Of a stretch of 46,451 bases of DNA, positions 9,845 through 18,618 are shown piece after piece. The first letter of the stretch is position 1. Every line of letters starts with the position of its first letter. The position numbers were made by a program, and so were the translations under genes. The notes below the pieces were generated by a model. The model worked only from the letters and a program-made list of their open reading frames with translations, did not search any database and was not told where the DNA came from. This DNA is from Promethearchaeota archaeon (GTDB lineage Archaea; Asgardarchaeota; Lokiarchaeia; Sigyniarchaeales; SOKP01): assembly GCA_016839745.1 (NCBI GenBank), contig JAEOTS010000107.1, forward strand, positions 1 to 46,451, in the 5' to 3' direction.

Positions 9845-11017
9845 ATGAATGAAAAAAATACGAAAAGATATTTACCAGAAGGTAAATACGTTATGATGGG
9901 AAATGTTGCGATGGCAGAAGGAGCATTAGTTGCAGGTTTAAATTTCTTTGGGGGGTATCCGATAACTCCTTCCACTGAAGTTATCGAACATCTTGCTAAG
10001 CGATTACCAGAAGTTGGAGGAACTTGTCTTCAAATGGAAGATGAGTTAGCATCAATTAATGCCGTTATTGGAGCGTCTTTAGCTGGAGCAAAAGCAATGA
10101 CCGCGACTTCTGGACCTGGCCTTTCTTTAATGGTTGAAACTATCTCGATGGCAGCAAATCTTGAAATACCCTTTGTTTTTTGCGATGTTCAACGCGTTGG
10201 TCCTGGTAGTCACGGACCCGTAACCGCACCGCATCATAACGATATAGGATTAATACGATTTGCAGGTCATGGAGAATTTCAAGTTATTGCGTTAGCTCCT
10301 ATGAACTGCCAAGAACTTTTTGATTTGACAATAACAGCGTTTAATTTCGCTGAAACTTATCGTTGTCCTGTGTTTATTCTCTCTGATGCCTATTTGGGAC
10401 ATATTCATGAGCCAGTTTACATTCCACCAAAGAAAGAAGTAATTAAAAGAGTGGTTTCACGTGAGTTACCCGAAGATTATTCTGAAATTTATTCATATAA
10501 AGATGATGAAACTGAAGAATATGTAATTCCTAAACCTCCAATATTAGGTACGGATTATTACCCACCTACATCTCTTCAATTGCCTCATAATACACATGGT
10601 CTTCCGACATCTGATGTCTTATCATTTATTGAAATGTTGATTGAAAAAGTAAAATCAAACATTGACAAAATCTCATTGACCGAAGAATATCGATTAGAAG
10701 ATGCAGATATCGTCATTATCGCCTATGGGCTACCTGTGAGAGCTAGTTATCGAGCAGTCGATGAAGCTCGGGAAGAGGGAATAAAAGTGGGAGTATTTAG
10801 ATTAATAACTGTTTGGCCATTTCCTGACGAGAAAATAAGAAATGTTGTGAAAGATGCGAAGGCAATAATTGTACCTGAATTAAATTATACGGGATTTATT
10901 GCAGAGCAAGTAGAAAGAGTCAAAGAACTTGAAACTCCGATTACAAAAATCCCAAAAGTAGGTGTTTTACATCATCCAGATGATATATTAAATATTATAA
11001 AGGAGGTATCAAAATAA
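9845..11017 (+). CDS. korA: 2-oxoacid:ferredoxin oxidoreductase alpha subunit
   Basis: GYPITPSTE, QMEDE, TATSGPGLSLM and VQRVGP motifs. Confidence 0.93.
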   Translation: MNEKNTKRYLPEGKYVMMGNVAMAEGALVAGLNFFGGYPITPSTEVIEHLAKRLPEVGGTCLQMEDELASINAVIGASLAGAKAMTATSGPGLSLMVETISMAANLEIPFVFCDVQRVGPGSHGPVTAPHHNDIGLIRFAGHGEFQVIALAPMNCQELFDLTITAFNFAETYRCPVFILSDAYLGHIHEPVYIPPKKEVIKRVVSRELPEDYSEIYSYKDDETEEYVIPKPPILGTDYYPPTSLQLPHNTHGLPTSDVLSFIEMLIEKVKSNIDKISLTEEYRLEDADIVIIAYGLPVRASYRAVDEAREEGIKVGVFRLITVWPFPDEKIRNVVKDAKAIIVPELNYTGFIAEQVERVKELETPITKIPKVGVLHHPDDILNIIKEVSK

Positions 11018-11940
11018 TGTCAGATCTAGGTCCACGATATCCAACAGAAAAACCTGACCATCCTTATGTTCAATATTCATTTGGAGGAAATCTCTATGGT
11101 AGTTATAATTCTCTCTTTTGTGCCGGTTGTGGATATGGAATAATAGGTCATATTTTTACACGGGTGTTCGAAGACGAGAAATTAGATCATAAATTATATC
11201 CATTAATTATTGGTATTGGATGTTATACTCAAATAGTAACTTTAGCTCATCATAAGGCTCAGAAAATTACTACACTTCACGGTCGTGCTCCAGCAGTAGC
11301 TACGGGAGTGAAAATGGCAAATCCTATTTTGAAACCAATTGTATTTACTGGCGATGGAGATTGCTTAGGAATTGGAGGAAATCACTTTATTCACATCTGT
11401 CGTAGAAATGTTGATTGCACTATTCTCATATTTAATAATAGTATATATGGAATGACGGGGGGTCAAAGTGCTCCAACTACTTTATATGGCGCAAAAAGTA
11501 CAACTACTCCTTATAAAGTTTTTGAAGAACGAAGCGATGCTGTGAAACTTGCCTTAGCTGCAGGTGCTACATATGTCGCCAGAACCACGGTAGCGCATCC
11601 ACGAACACTAATGAAATACTTTAAAAAAGCTTTAAGACATAAAGGAACTTCGGTGATTGAAGTAATAACCCCTTGTTTAACATATTTTGGTAGTAAAAAT
11701 CTTGATAATCTTGGTGCAGAAGATTTGGATATTCCGGGTAATAAGATGGATACAGGGGGAAAAATGATAGATTGGATAAAAAGAAATACAATAAGAAAAA
11801 ATCAAGCTAAATTTATGGATGAGGATGAACTTTTTAATAGGTATGTTATTGGTGAATTTCGCTACGATACTAGCAAACCCGAATACTCTGAAGTCTATTC
11901 CAAGATTCAGAAAACTGCTATGGGAGAGGATTGGAAATGA
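11017..11940 (+). CDS. korB: 2-oxoacid:ferredoxin oxidoreductase beta (TPP-binding) subunit
   Basis: FCAGCG, GIGC, HGRA, GDGD, NNSIYGMTGGQ and PC motifs. Confidence 0.93.
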   Translation: MSDLGPRYPTEKPDHPYVQYSFGGNLYGSYNSLFCAGCGYGIIGHIFTRVFEDEKLDHKLYPLIIGIGCYTQIVTLAHHKAQKITTLHGRAPAVATGVKMANPILKPIVFTGDGDCLGIGGNHFIHICRRNVDCTILIFNNSIYGMTGGQSAPTTLYGAKSTTTPYKVFEERSDAVKLALAAGATYVARTTVAHPRTLMKYFKKALRHKGTSVIEVITPCLTYFGSKNLDNLGAEDLDIPGNKMDTGGKMIDWIKRNTIRKNQAKFMDEDELFNRYVIGEFRYDTSKPEYSEVYSKIQKTAMGEDWK

Positions 11941-12536
11941 GTAGATATGAAGTTAGAATCGTCGGATATGGTGGACAAGGAGTAATTACACTCTCAAAAA
12001 TGATAATTAACGCAAGTTCATTATATGGAAACTTAGCAGCTACACAAACTGAAGCATACGGCTCATCTGCTCGAGGAGGAAAGTGCTGGGCTGAGGTGGT
12101 TATAGATTTAGATAAGAGTGTAAAATCGATAGATTATCCAAAAGCTATGCAGCCTTACGACTTCTTAGTTGTACTGTCCGAGGAAGCTGCTAAAAATGTA
12201 AAACCAGAACATCTTAAAAAGGACGAAAACACAGGATATCTGATATGGGACACTTCTACAATAAAAACATTCCGAGCTACAAAACGAATTGATAAAGCAA
12301 TTGGGATTCCAATCCAAAAAATCGCAGTAGAGATCTTTAATAAAATGGTGTTTGGAAATTCTATTTTATTTGGAGTTTTTACTACTCTTTCAAGAATTTT
12401 TTCTGAGCAATCAGCTATTGAAACCATTAAGAAATTCGTTCCGAGTGAAACTATTAATCAAAATTTAGAGGCGTTTGAATTAGGAAAACAAGAAGCAGAA
12501 AAATTTATTAGCAAGCTAAAGGAGGAGAAAGCTTAG
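11937..12536 (+). CDS. korC: 2-oxoacid:ferredoxin oxidoreductase gamma subunit
   Basis: GYGGQGVI and YGSSARGG motifs; ATGA overlap with the beta-subunit stop. Confidence 0.92.
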   Translation: MSRYEVRIVGYGGQGVITLSKMIINASSLYGNLAATQTEAYGSSARGGKCWAEVVIDLDKSVKSIDYPKAMQPYDFLVVLSEEAAKNVKPEHLKKDENTGYLIWDTSTIKTFRATKRIDKAIGIPIQKIAVEIFNKMVFGNSILFGVFTTLSRIFSEQSAIETIKKFVPSETINQNLEAFELGKQEAEKFISKLKEEKA

Positions 12537-12537
12537 G

Positions 12538-14346
12538 ATGCGTATCGGAAAAGTTCAAAAGGGCTGGAAAGAGTTATCTGAAGAGATAATTCAGACCGGA
12601 AAATGCGTGTATTGTGGCGCGTGTGGGGCATTCTGTGCAAACATTCAATTTGATAAAGAAAAAGAGATCCCTATCGAAGATGGTTCTTGTAAGGATGTGA
12701 ACACATGTAAAGATGGTTTTGGACTCTGTTATAATCTTTGTCCAAAAACGGAAACTGAAGCAATTCCTTTATCGTTATTAGATAAGTGGGTTTTTGGAAA
12801 AAAACACGATAAGATTTTGGGACATTATCTAGAAATTGCTTCAATAAAGCTCACAGATAAAGCAAGAGAAAGTGTGCCAGAGAACGCTGGTCCATTGTCA
12901 GGGCTATTATGGTTGGCTATGGAAAACGGTTTGATCGATTGTTCTATTATTACTGATAAAGACGAAAACTTTAAGCCTATTCCGATAATAGCCCAAAATT
13001 CACAAGATATTTTCAAAGGAGCTGGATATAAACCAAGTCAAGGTCCATTACTTTCACTTTTAGGAGAGGCCATCAATAAAGAAAACGTAGATATTGCCGT
13101 TGTAGGAACTCCCTGTCAGGTTCAGGCTCTAAGGAAATTACAGAACCATCCAGCATTTGATTACGAGGCGTATGATTTAGTAACATTAGCTATCGGGACC
13201 TTTTGTTTTGGTACTTATTATAATCGATTATTAGATATCACATTTAACGAATTCGGGATTAAATCTAGCGATATAGAAAAAATAAATACTAATAAAGATA
13301 ATTTTTACATGAAAATAACCAGTAATTCTACTGTAAAGGATATTCCACTAAATTATCTATATGATAAAGCGATTAGAAATGCTTGTTTTTCTTGTTCTGA
13401 TTACACGGCATCGTTCGCGGATTTATCAATTGGAAAATTTGGTAGTAAAGATGGGTGGAACACTTTAATTGTAAGAACAGAAAGAGGTAAAGAAGTTTTT
13501 GATTTAGCCGTTGAAAAAGGAATTATCGAAATAGAACCTCTAGGGGACACTATGAAGGAGCTTGTTTTAGATTTAACCCGAAATAAAACTGACATAGTAA
13601 AGATTTTATCCATTAAAGAACACTCCTCGGAAATAAGAAGTTTTGTCATTAGAAACTCGAGGATTGCGGATGCATACAAACCAGGAATGTTTGTCATATT
13701 ATGGCTACCTGATATTGACTTTCTCCCAATGTCCATCTCGAACATAGATGAAGACCTCATTGAAATAACTGTTAAGAAAATAGGAGAGGGAACATCCAAA
13801 TTGTTCGAATTGAGTGAAGGAGACTCAATTGGAGTTCGAGGACCTTTTGGGAATTCGTTTAATTATGAAGATTCTAAAAATATTCTTGTTGTAGGAGGAG
13901 GAATGGGAATCGCAGCGTTAACAACCTTAATTGATATTTTGAAACAAAATAAGGCAAATGTAAAAGTTGCTATTGGAGCTAAAGATGAAGATTCGTTGAT
14001 TTTTGCTGAAAGATTAATAGGATTGATTCCAGATACTATGTGTACTACAGAAGATGGATCTATAGGAAAGAAATGTGTTGTTACTGATCCAGTTGAAGAA
14101 TTAATTAATAACGAGAACTTTGATTTGATTGCTACATGTGGTCCCGAAGTTATGATGAAAAAAGTTCTTGAACTAGCAGATGCAAGGAATATCCAAATCC
14201 AAGCCAGTTTAGAAAGAAAAATGAAATGTGGGTTAGGATTATGCGGTTCTTGTTGTATTGGAAGTAATAATAATATTACTGTTTGCAAAGATGGCCCCGT
14301 CTTTAATTCAGATCAATTAAAAGCTTTTACTCAATTTGGAAGTTAG
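12538..14346 (+). CDS. Fusion: ferredoxin + coenzyme F420 hydrogenase beta (FrhB) domain + PyrK/NfnA-like FAD/NAD(P)/[2Fe-2S] domain
   Basis: N-terminal CVYCGACGAFC. FrhB motifs VVGTPCQ, IGTFC and CFSCSDYTASFADLSIG..GS.DGWNTLIVRTERG. C-terminal KPGMFVILW, RGPFGN, GGGMG, CGPEVMM and CGLGLCGSC...CKDGPVF. Confidence 0.88.
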   Translation: MRIGKVQKGWKELSEEIIQTGKCVYCGACGAFCANIQFDKEKEIPIEDGSCKDVNTCKDGFGLCYNLCPKTETEAIPLSLLDKWVFGKKHDKILGHYLEIASIKLTDKARESVPENAGPLSGLLWLAMENGLIDCSIITDKDENFKPIPIIAQNSQDIFKGAGYKPSQGPLLSLLGEAINKENVDIAVVGTPCQVQALRKLQNHPAFDYEAYDLVTLAIGTFCFGTYYNRLLDITFNEFGIKSSDIEKINTNKDNFYMKITSNSTVKDIPLNYLYDKAIRNACFSCSDYTASFADLSIGKFGSKDGWNTLIVRTERGKEVFDLAVEKGIIEIEPLGDTMKELVLDLTRNKTDIVKILSIKEHSSEIRSFVIRNSRIADAYKPGMFVILWLPDIDFLPMSISNIDEDLIEITVKKIGEGTSKLFELSEGDSIGVRGPFGNSFNYEDSKNILVVGGGMGIAALTTLIDILKQNKANVKVAIGAKDEDSLIFAERLIGLIPDTMCTTEDGSIGKKCVVTDPVEELINNENFDLIATCGPEVMMKKVLELADARNIQIQASLERKMKCGLGLCGSCCIGSNNNITVCKDGPVFNSDQLKAFTQFGS

Positions 14347-14347
14347 C

Positions 14348-15298
14348 GTGGAAAATTATAATTTAAAAAAAGGAATTATTTTTGCTTCGATTTGTATTTT
14401 TACAATTGGACTACAGCCAGTAATTTCTATTGCACGACCCGATATAATCGATCCTTATTTATTTGGAGCTATTACAGCCTTGATTGAAGCTATACTCTTT
14501 TTCCCTATATTTTTTATAGAAAGGGGTAAATTAAAAAGAGACTTATTAAATGATCCAGTATCAAATAAAAAGAATTCATCTCTAATTCACGGTTGGAAAA
14601 AAAAATCCAATATAAAAGTTATTACAATTATAGGATTAACTTTTAGTGTAGTACCGATTTTACTTTATATTGGTTACGAACTTGCAGGACCAATTATAAG
14701 CTCCTTGACTATGAAATCTGAGATCATCTTTGCTTTAATGTTTGGATTTATATTCTTAAAAGAGAAGATATCTAAAGTCCAAATTCTGTTTTGCGTTCTA
14801 TTGTTTTTTGGACTTGTGATTGCGATTACTGATGGTTCCTTAAATATACTTAAGTTTAATCTAGGTGTTCTTATTCTTCTCTTTAGTGTGATACTTTTTA
14901 CTTTAGTACATACACTTACAAAAATAGGCTTTGAGCGAAATGAATTATTTCCCTCTCAAGTAGTTTTCCTAAGGAATTTAATATCAGGGGTACTGCTTAC
15001 AATACTTTATTTTCTAATCTTTCCACTAGAAAACTTCGCTATCATTATTGATCCTTATAATTTTATATTTTTTCTACTCATGGCGATTGACTACGGAGCA
15101 TCTCTATATCTTTGGTATAAAGCTTTAACATATATTCAAATTGGGAAATCAACCATTATCATCTCTCTCACACCAATAGTCTCCGCTTTTTTCTCATTCA
15201 TAATCCTTGGAGAGATCTTCACATTTTTTCATTTAATTGGTACTATTATTATAATATTCTCGATTTTTATGATTATTAGGGAAAAAAAGAATAACTAA
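14348..15298 (+). CDS. EamA/DMT family transporter
   Basis: About 10 hydrophobic segments in two repeats; FLKEKI and ILGE motifs. Probable GTG start at 14348. Confidence 0.85.
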   Translation: MENYNLKKGIIFASICIFTIGLQPVISIARPDIIDPYLFGAITALIEAILFFPIFFIERGKLKRDLLNDPVSNKKNSSLIHGWKKKSNIKVITIIGLTFSVVPILLYIGYELAGPIISSLTMKSEIIFALMFGFIFLKEKISKVQILFCVLLFFGLVIAITDGSLNILKFNLGVLILLFSVILFTLVHTLTKIGFERNELFPSQVVFLRNLISGVLLTILYFLIFPLENFAIIIDPYNFIFFLLMAIDYGASLYLWYKALTYIQIGKSTIIISLTPIVSAFFSFIILGEIFTFFHLIGTIIIIFSIFMIIREKKNN

Positions 15299-15348
15299 CC
15301 ACACATACTTTAAACAGATTCTTTAAAGTTAAATAGAGTTGCTGAATC

Positions 15349-16509
15349 TTAAAGCTTTAAGGGGTATACACCAAATTTATTAGCCGCTTCAATCATCCAA
15401 TTTAATCGTTCAACAGAAATTTGTGGATGAAAATTAGCAGGCGATATCATAGCCCCTCCATTAGGTCCTAATGCTTTAATTGCATGTTTTACTGCGTCTG
15501 TGACCTCTTCTTTAGTACCCTTTACGAGAATGTGTCTTGTATCAATATTTCCTGATAAGCATAGTTTATCACCAACTCTTTTCTTTACATCATATAAATT
15601 AACAAGCGGAGGTTCTAAGCATTGCAATCCATCAAAACCGCATTCTACAACAAAATCTAATTGACTAGTAACATCTCCATCTGTATGCAATATGTATTTA
15701 CCCCCCCAGCTATGAATGGCTTCTGCTACTTCTTGATAACACGGTTTTACATAAGATTCAAAATATTTAGGATGGATCATAGGTCCTCCACTATGAGCTA
15801 TATCTCCGCCCTCCAAAAAGATTTTAGCACCACAATCATGATAAGCTTTAAAAGTTGTGAGAGTATAATCAGTTGTGAACCTGAATCGTTCCTTAATAAG
15901 CTCAGAATCATTTCTAAGTGCTCGCGCAAACGCCGGCATTCCCATTCCCTGCCAAACAGGCGGAAAAACTGATGTTAAAGCGTTTTGGGCGAAAATACAA
16001 ATATCATCCTTTATATCACGGCATTTTCTCAAAACGCCCTTGTAAAATTTTTTGGCTTTATTATATTCATCTTTCAAATCTGGTCTGGGATACGATTCCC
16101 AATCTTCTCGATTTTTAATATATCCACCATAATAATCAGGATAAGGGTTGCCATCGATATTTCTGACCCTATGTCTCTTTCCAAACACATCTGTCATTTC
16201 TGTTTGACTTTCAAGGATAAAAGGGATGTACTGTAATCCCACTCCATCAAATCCAAGGTTGTATCCTGCTCTTAACGCTTTTGAAAAGGTTGAAATTTCA
16301 ATATCGAGGAGAATATCATTAATCTTGTCCAACCATTCATCTGGATATTTCTGTTCCATCTCATCAAATATATCAAAAGCAGTTCGTTTCGGGCGACCTA
16401 AGATTTGATCAGCGACATTTCCATCAATATTTATAGTATGTGTTGGAATTCTATCTGCTTCTTCAAGATTTAATGCCGTCCATATCCGTTCAAAACTATT
16501 CATAATCAA
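15349..16509 (-). CDS. Uroporphyrinogen decarboxylase-like (URO-D/MtaA-CmuA superfamily) protein
   Basis: MNSFERIWTAL..EEADRIP, HTDGD, GFDGLQCLEP, LCLSGNID and terminal ISPAN motifs. Confidence 0.82.
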   Translation of the reverse strand: MIMNSFERIWTALNLEEADRIPTHTINIDGNVADQILGRPKRTAFDIFDEMEQKYPDEWLDKINDILLDIEISTFSKALRAGYNLGFDGVGLQYIPFILESQTEMTDVFGKRHRVRNIDGNPYPDYYGGYIKNREDWESYPRPDLKDEYNKAKKFYKGVLRKCRDIKDDICIFAQNALTSVFPPVWQGMGMPAFARALRNDSELIKERFRFTTDYTLTTFKAYHDCGAKIFLEGGDIAHSGGPMIHPKYFESYVKPCYQEVAEAIHSWGGKYILHTDGDVTSQLDFVVECGFDGLQCLEPPLVNLYDVKKRVGDKLCLSGNIDTRHILVKGTKEEVTDAVKHAIKALGPNGGAMISPANFHPQISVERLNWMIEAANKFGVYPLKL

Positions 16510-16620
16510 TAATTAAAGGAGTGAATCAATATTAATGTTTTTCTTTACTTTTAGGACAGATCTCTACTGCTCTTTTACATTGTAAAAGTTTTTAATTTTT
16601 TATGGTTTTTCTTAGATAAC

Positions 16621-17562
16621 GTGAGTAATGATTTAAGAAAAGGCTTAATTTTTGGAATTATAGGAATTGTGCTCATTGGATTTCAACCGATTGTGGCAAA
16701 TTCAGCGATGTTTATAGATTCTCACGCCTTTGCTGCTATGACATGTTTGATCGAGGCAATTATATTTCTTCCTATCATGCTTCTAGAGTTAAAAGTGAAT
16801 AAAAGCAGATACGATGGAAATACCGAATTACTAGTGAATAAATCAATTCTGAAAAGTTTGAAAAAAAATTTTTGGTTATTGATTTTTATCGGGATAATCT
16901 TTAGCGTTAATCAACTTCTATTTTTTGTAGGATATCGATTAGCTGGTGCTATAAACGGATCGTTGACTCAGAAAACTTCCGTTTTTTTTGGATTACTGTA
17001 TGGTTACTTGTTATTAAAAGAAAAAATTTCAAGACTTCAAATCGTATTTTCAATCGTGCTATTTTTCGGTTTAGTAATAGCAATAACTCAAGGTTCACTC
17101 AATTTTCTGGCATTTAACATCGATATTTTAATTGGTGTATTGCTTGTATTATTGATTACAGCTTTATGGATGTTTGGTCACACTCTAACAAAAAATTTGT
17201 TTAGTAAGAAAGAATTTACTCCTATTCAGATGGTATTTGTTCGAAATGTCTTGAGTGGGTTCATATTGATAAGTACTTTCTTAATTTTTTCACCGTTAGG
17301 TCTTAGCGTTTTTTATAATTCTCTTAATTGGTTCTTTTTTATAGTAATGGGAACCGTTTATGGAGTTGGACTATTCTTTTGGTATAAAACATTATCATAT
17401 TTGGATGTATCGAACGCCACAATAGTCCTTTCACCCACTCCAATTGTTACTGCCATATTTGCAACTATAATGCTAGGAGAGCATTTTACGATTTTTTCTT
17501 TAATTGGTTCAGTAATTGTTATCTTATCAATTGCTATAATAGTTAAACAAAAAAAGGATTGA
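16621..17562 (+). CDS. EamA/DMT family transporter (paralog of 14348..15298)
   Basis: Same architecture; shares the KEKIS..QI.F...LFFGLVIAIT.GSLN and QxVFxRN segments. Confidence 0.85.
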   Translation: MSNDLRKGLIFGIIGIVLIGFQPIVANSAMFIDSHAFAAMTCLIEAIIFLPIMLLELKVNKSRYDGNTELLVNKSILKSLKKNFWLLIFIGIIFSVNQLLFFVGYRLAGAINGSLTQKTSVFFGLLYGYLLLKEKISRLQIVFSIVLFFGLVIAITQGSLNFLAFNIDILIGVLLVLLITALWMFGHTLTKNLFSKKEFTPIQMVFVRNVLSGFILISTFLIFSPLGLSVFYNSLNWFFFIVMGTVYGVGLFFWYKTLSYLDVSNATIVLSPTPIVTAIFATIMLGEHFTIFSLIGSVIVILSIAIIVKQKKD

Positions 17563-17810
17563 ATTAAATTAAACAAAAAATTATAGAAATATTGATCAAT
17601 TGAATTATAATTCATATATATGTTTATATGATCTTATATTTCTTGATTAAAACGACTCAAATGTCAACTTATAAAGCGAGCAGAATCATCATAACATTTA
17701 TATATTGAAGGTATATAGTATTAAATATAAAAAAATATATTCTTACTAATTATATTTCAAACTGAAATACTACTATAAATAGAAGTTCAAACTTTAAAGG
17801 AAGTATTAGA

Positions 17811-18617
17811 ATGATAGATAACAAAATAATCATTGTAAGAGATTTAAAGAAGTATTTTGGCGAAGTTAAAGCCGTCAATGGCATCTCGTTTGATGTTTAT
17901 AAAGGTGAGGTTTTTGGACTATTGGGTCCAAACGGAGCGGGAAAAACAACCACGATCAAACTTTTATTGGGATTGCTTGAACCTTTAGAAGGGCAAGTCA
18001 GCATTTTCGGGTTAAATCCCGAGCGCGAAGAAGTTCAAATGAAAAAAAATGTAGGGTACGTTTCAGAAGAACCACTAATATTCAAATCTTTAACTCCAAA
18101 AGATCTGTTTAACTTTATAGCTTCTATTCGACGATTAGATCCAAAGGAAGCTACAGAGCGAGTGCAAGAGTATTTAGAAGGTTTAGGTGCAATGGAGCAT
18201 TATGAACAGCTGATCGCTACGCTATCGCATGGAAACAAACAGAAAATCCAAATTGTTGCATCCATTCTTCATGAACCTGACCTTTTAATATTAGACGAAC
18301 CAATATCGGGACTTGATGCTAAATCCGTTAGAGTAGTAAAAGAAATCTTAGATATGCATATTGAAAAAGGAGGCGCTGTTCTTTTTTCGACTCACATTAT
18401 GGAAGTCGCAGAAGATTTATGCGATCGTATCGCTATAATTAACAAAGGTAAATTAGTAGGAGTTGGAACCATTGAGGAACTTAGGAAACAAGCGGATAAA
18501 TTTGGCGCAAGCCTTGAAGAAGTTTTTCTTAAACTAACTGAAGAAGATTCTTCAGTAGAAGATATTGTAAAGAAGTTAAGAAACTCTTATAAAAAGAAAA
18601 TTAAGGAGATAATTTAA
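17811..18617 (+). CDS. ABC transporter ATP-binding protein (copy 1)
   Basis: Walker A GPNGAGKTT, signature LSHGNKQK, Walker B LILDEP, H-loop STH. Confidence 0.95.
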   Translation: MIDNKIIIVRDLKKYFGEVKAVNGISFDVYKGEVFGLLGPNGAGKTTTIKLLLGLLEPLEGQVSIFGLNPEREEVQMKKNVGYVSEEPLIFKSLTPKDLFNFIASIRRLDPKEATERVQEYLEGLGAMEHYEQLIATLSHGNKQKIQIVASILHEPDLLILDEPISGLDAKSVRVVKEILDMHIEKGGAVLFSTHIMEVAEDLCDRIAIINKGKLVGVGTIEELRKQADKFGASLEEVFLKLTEEDSSVEDIVKKLRNSYKKKIKEII

Positions 18618-18618
18618 A

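Noticed and set aside
14344-14346. TAG read-through (pyrrolysine) at the end of the FrhB-PyrK fusion
   Set aside because: The PyrK domain is already complete, and the next gene starts 1 nt later in another frame.
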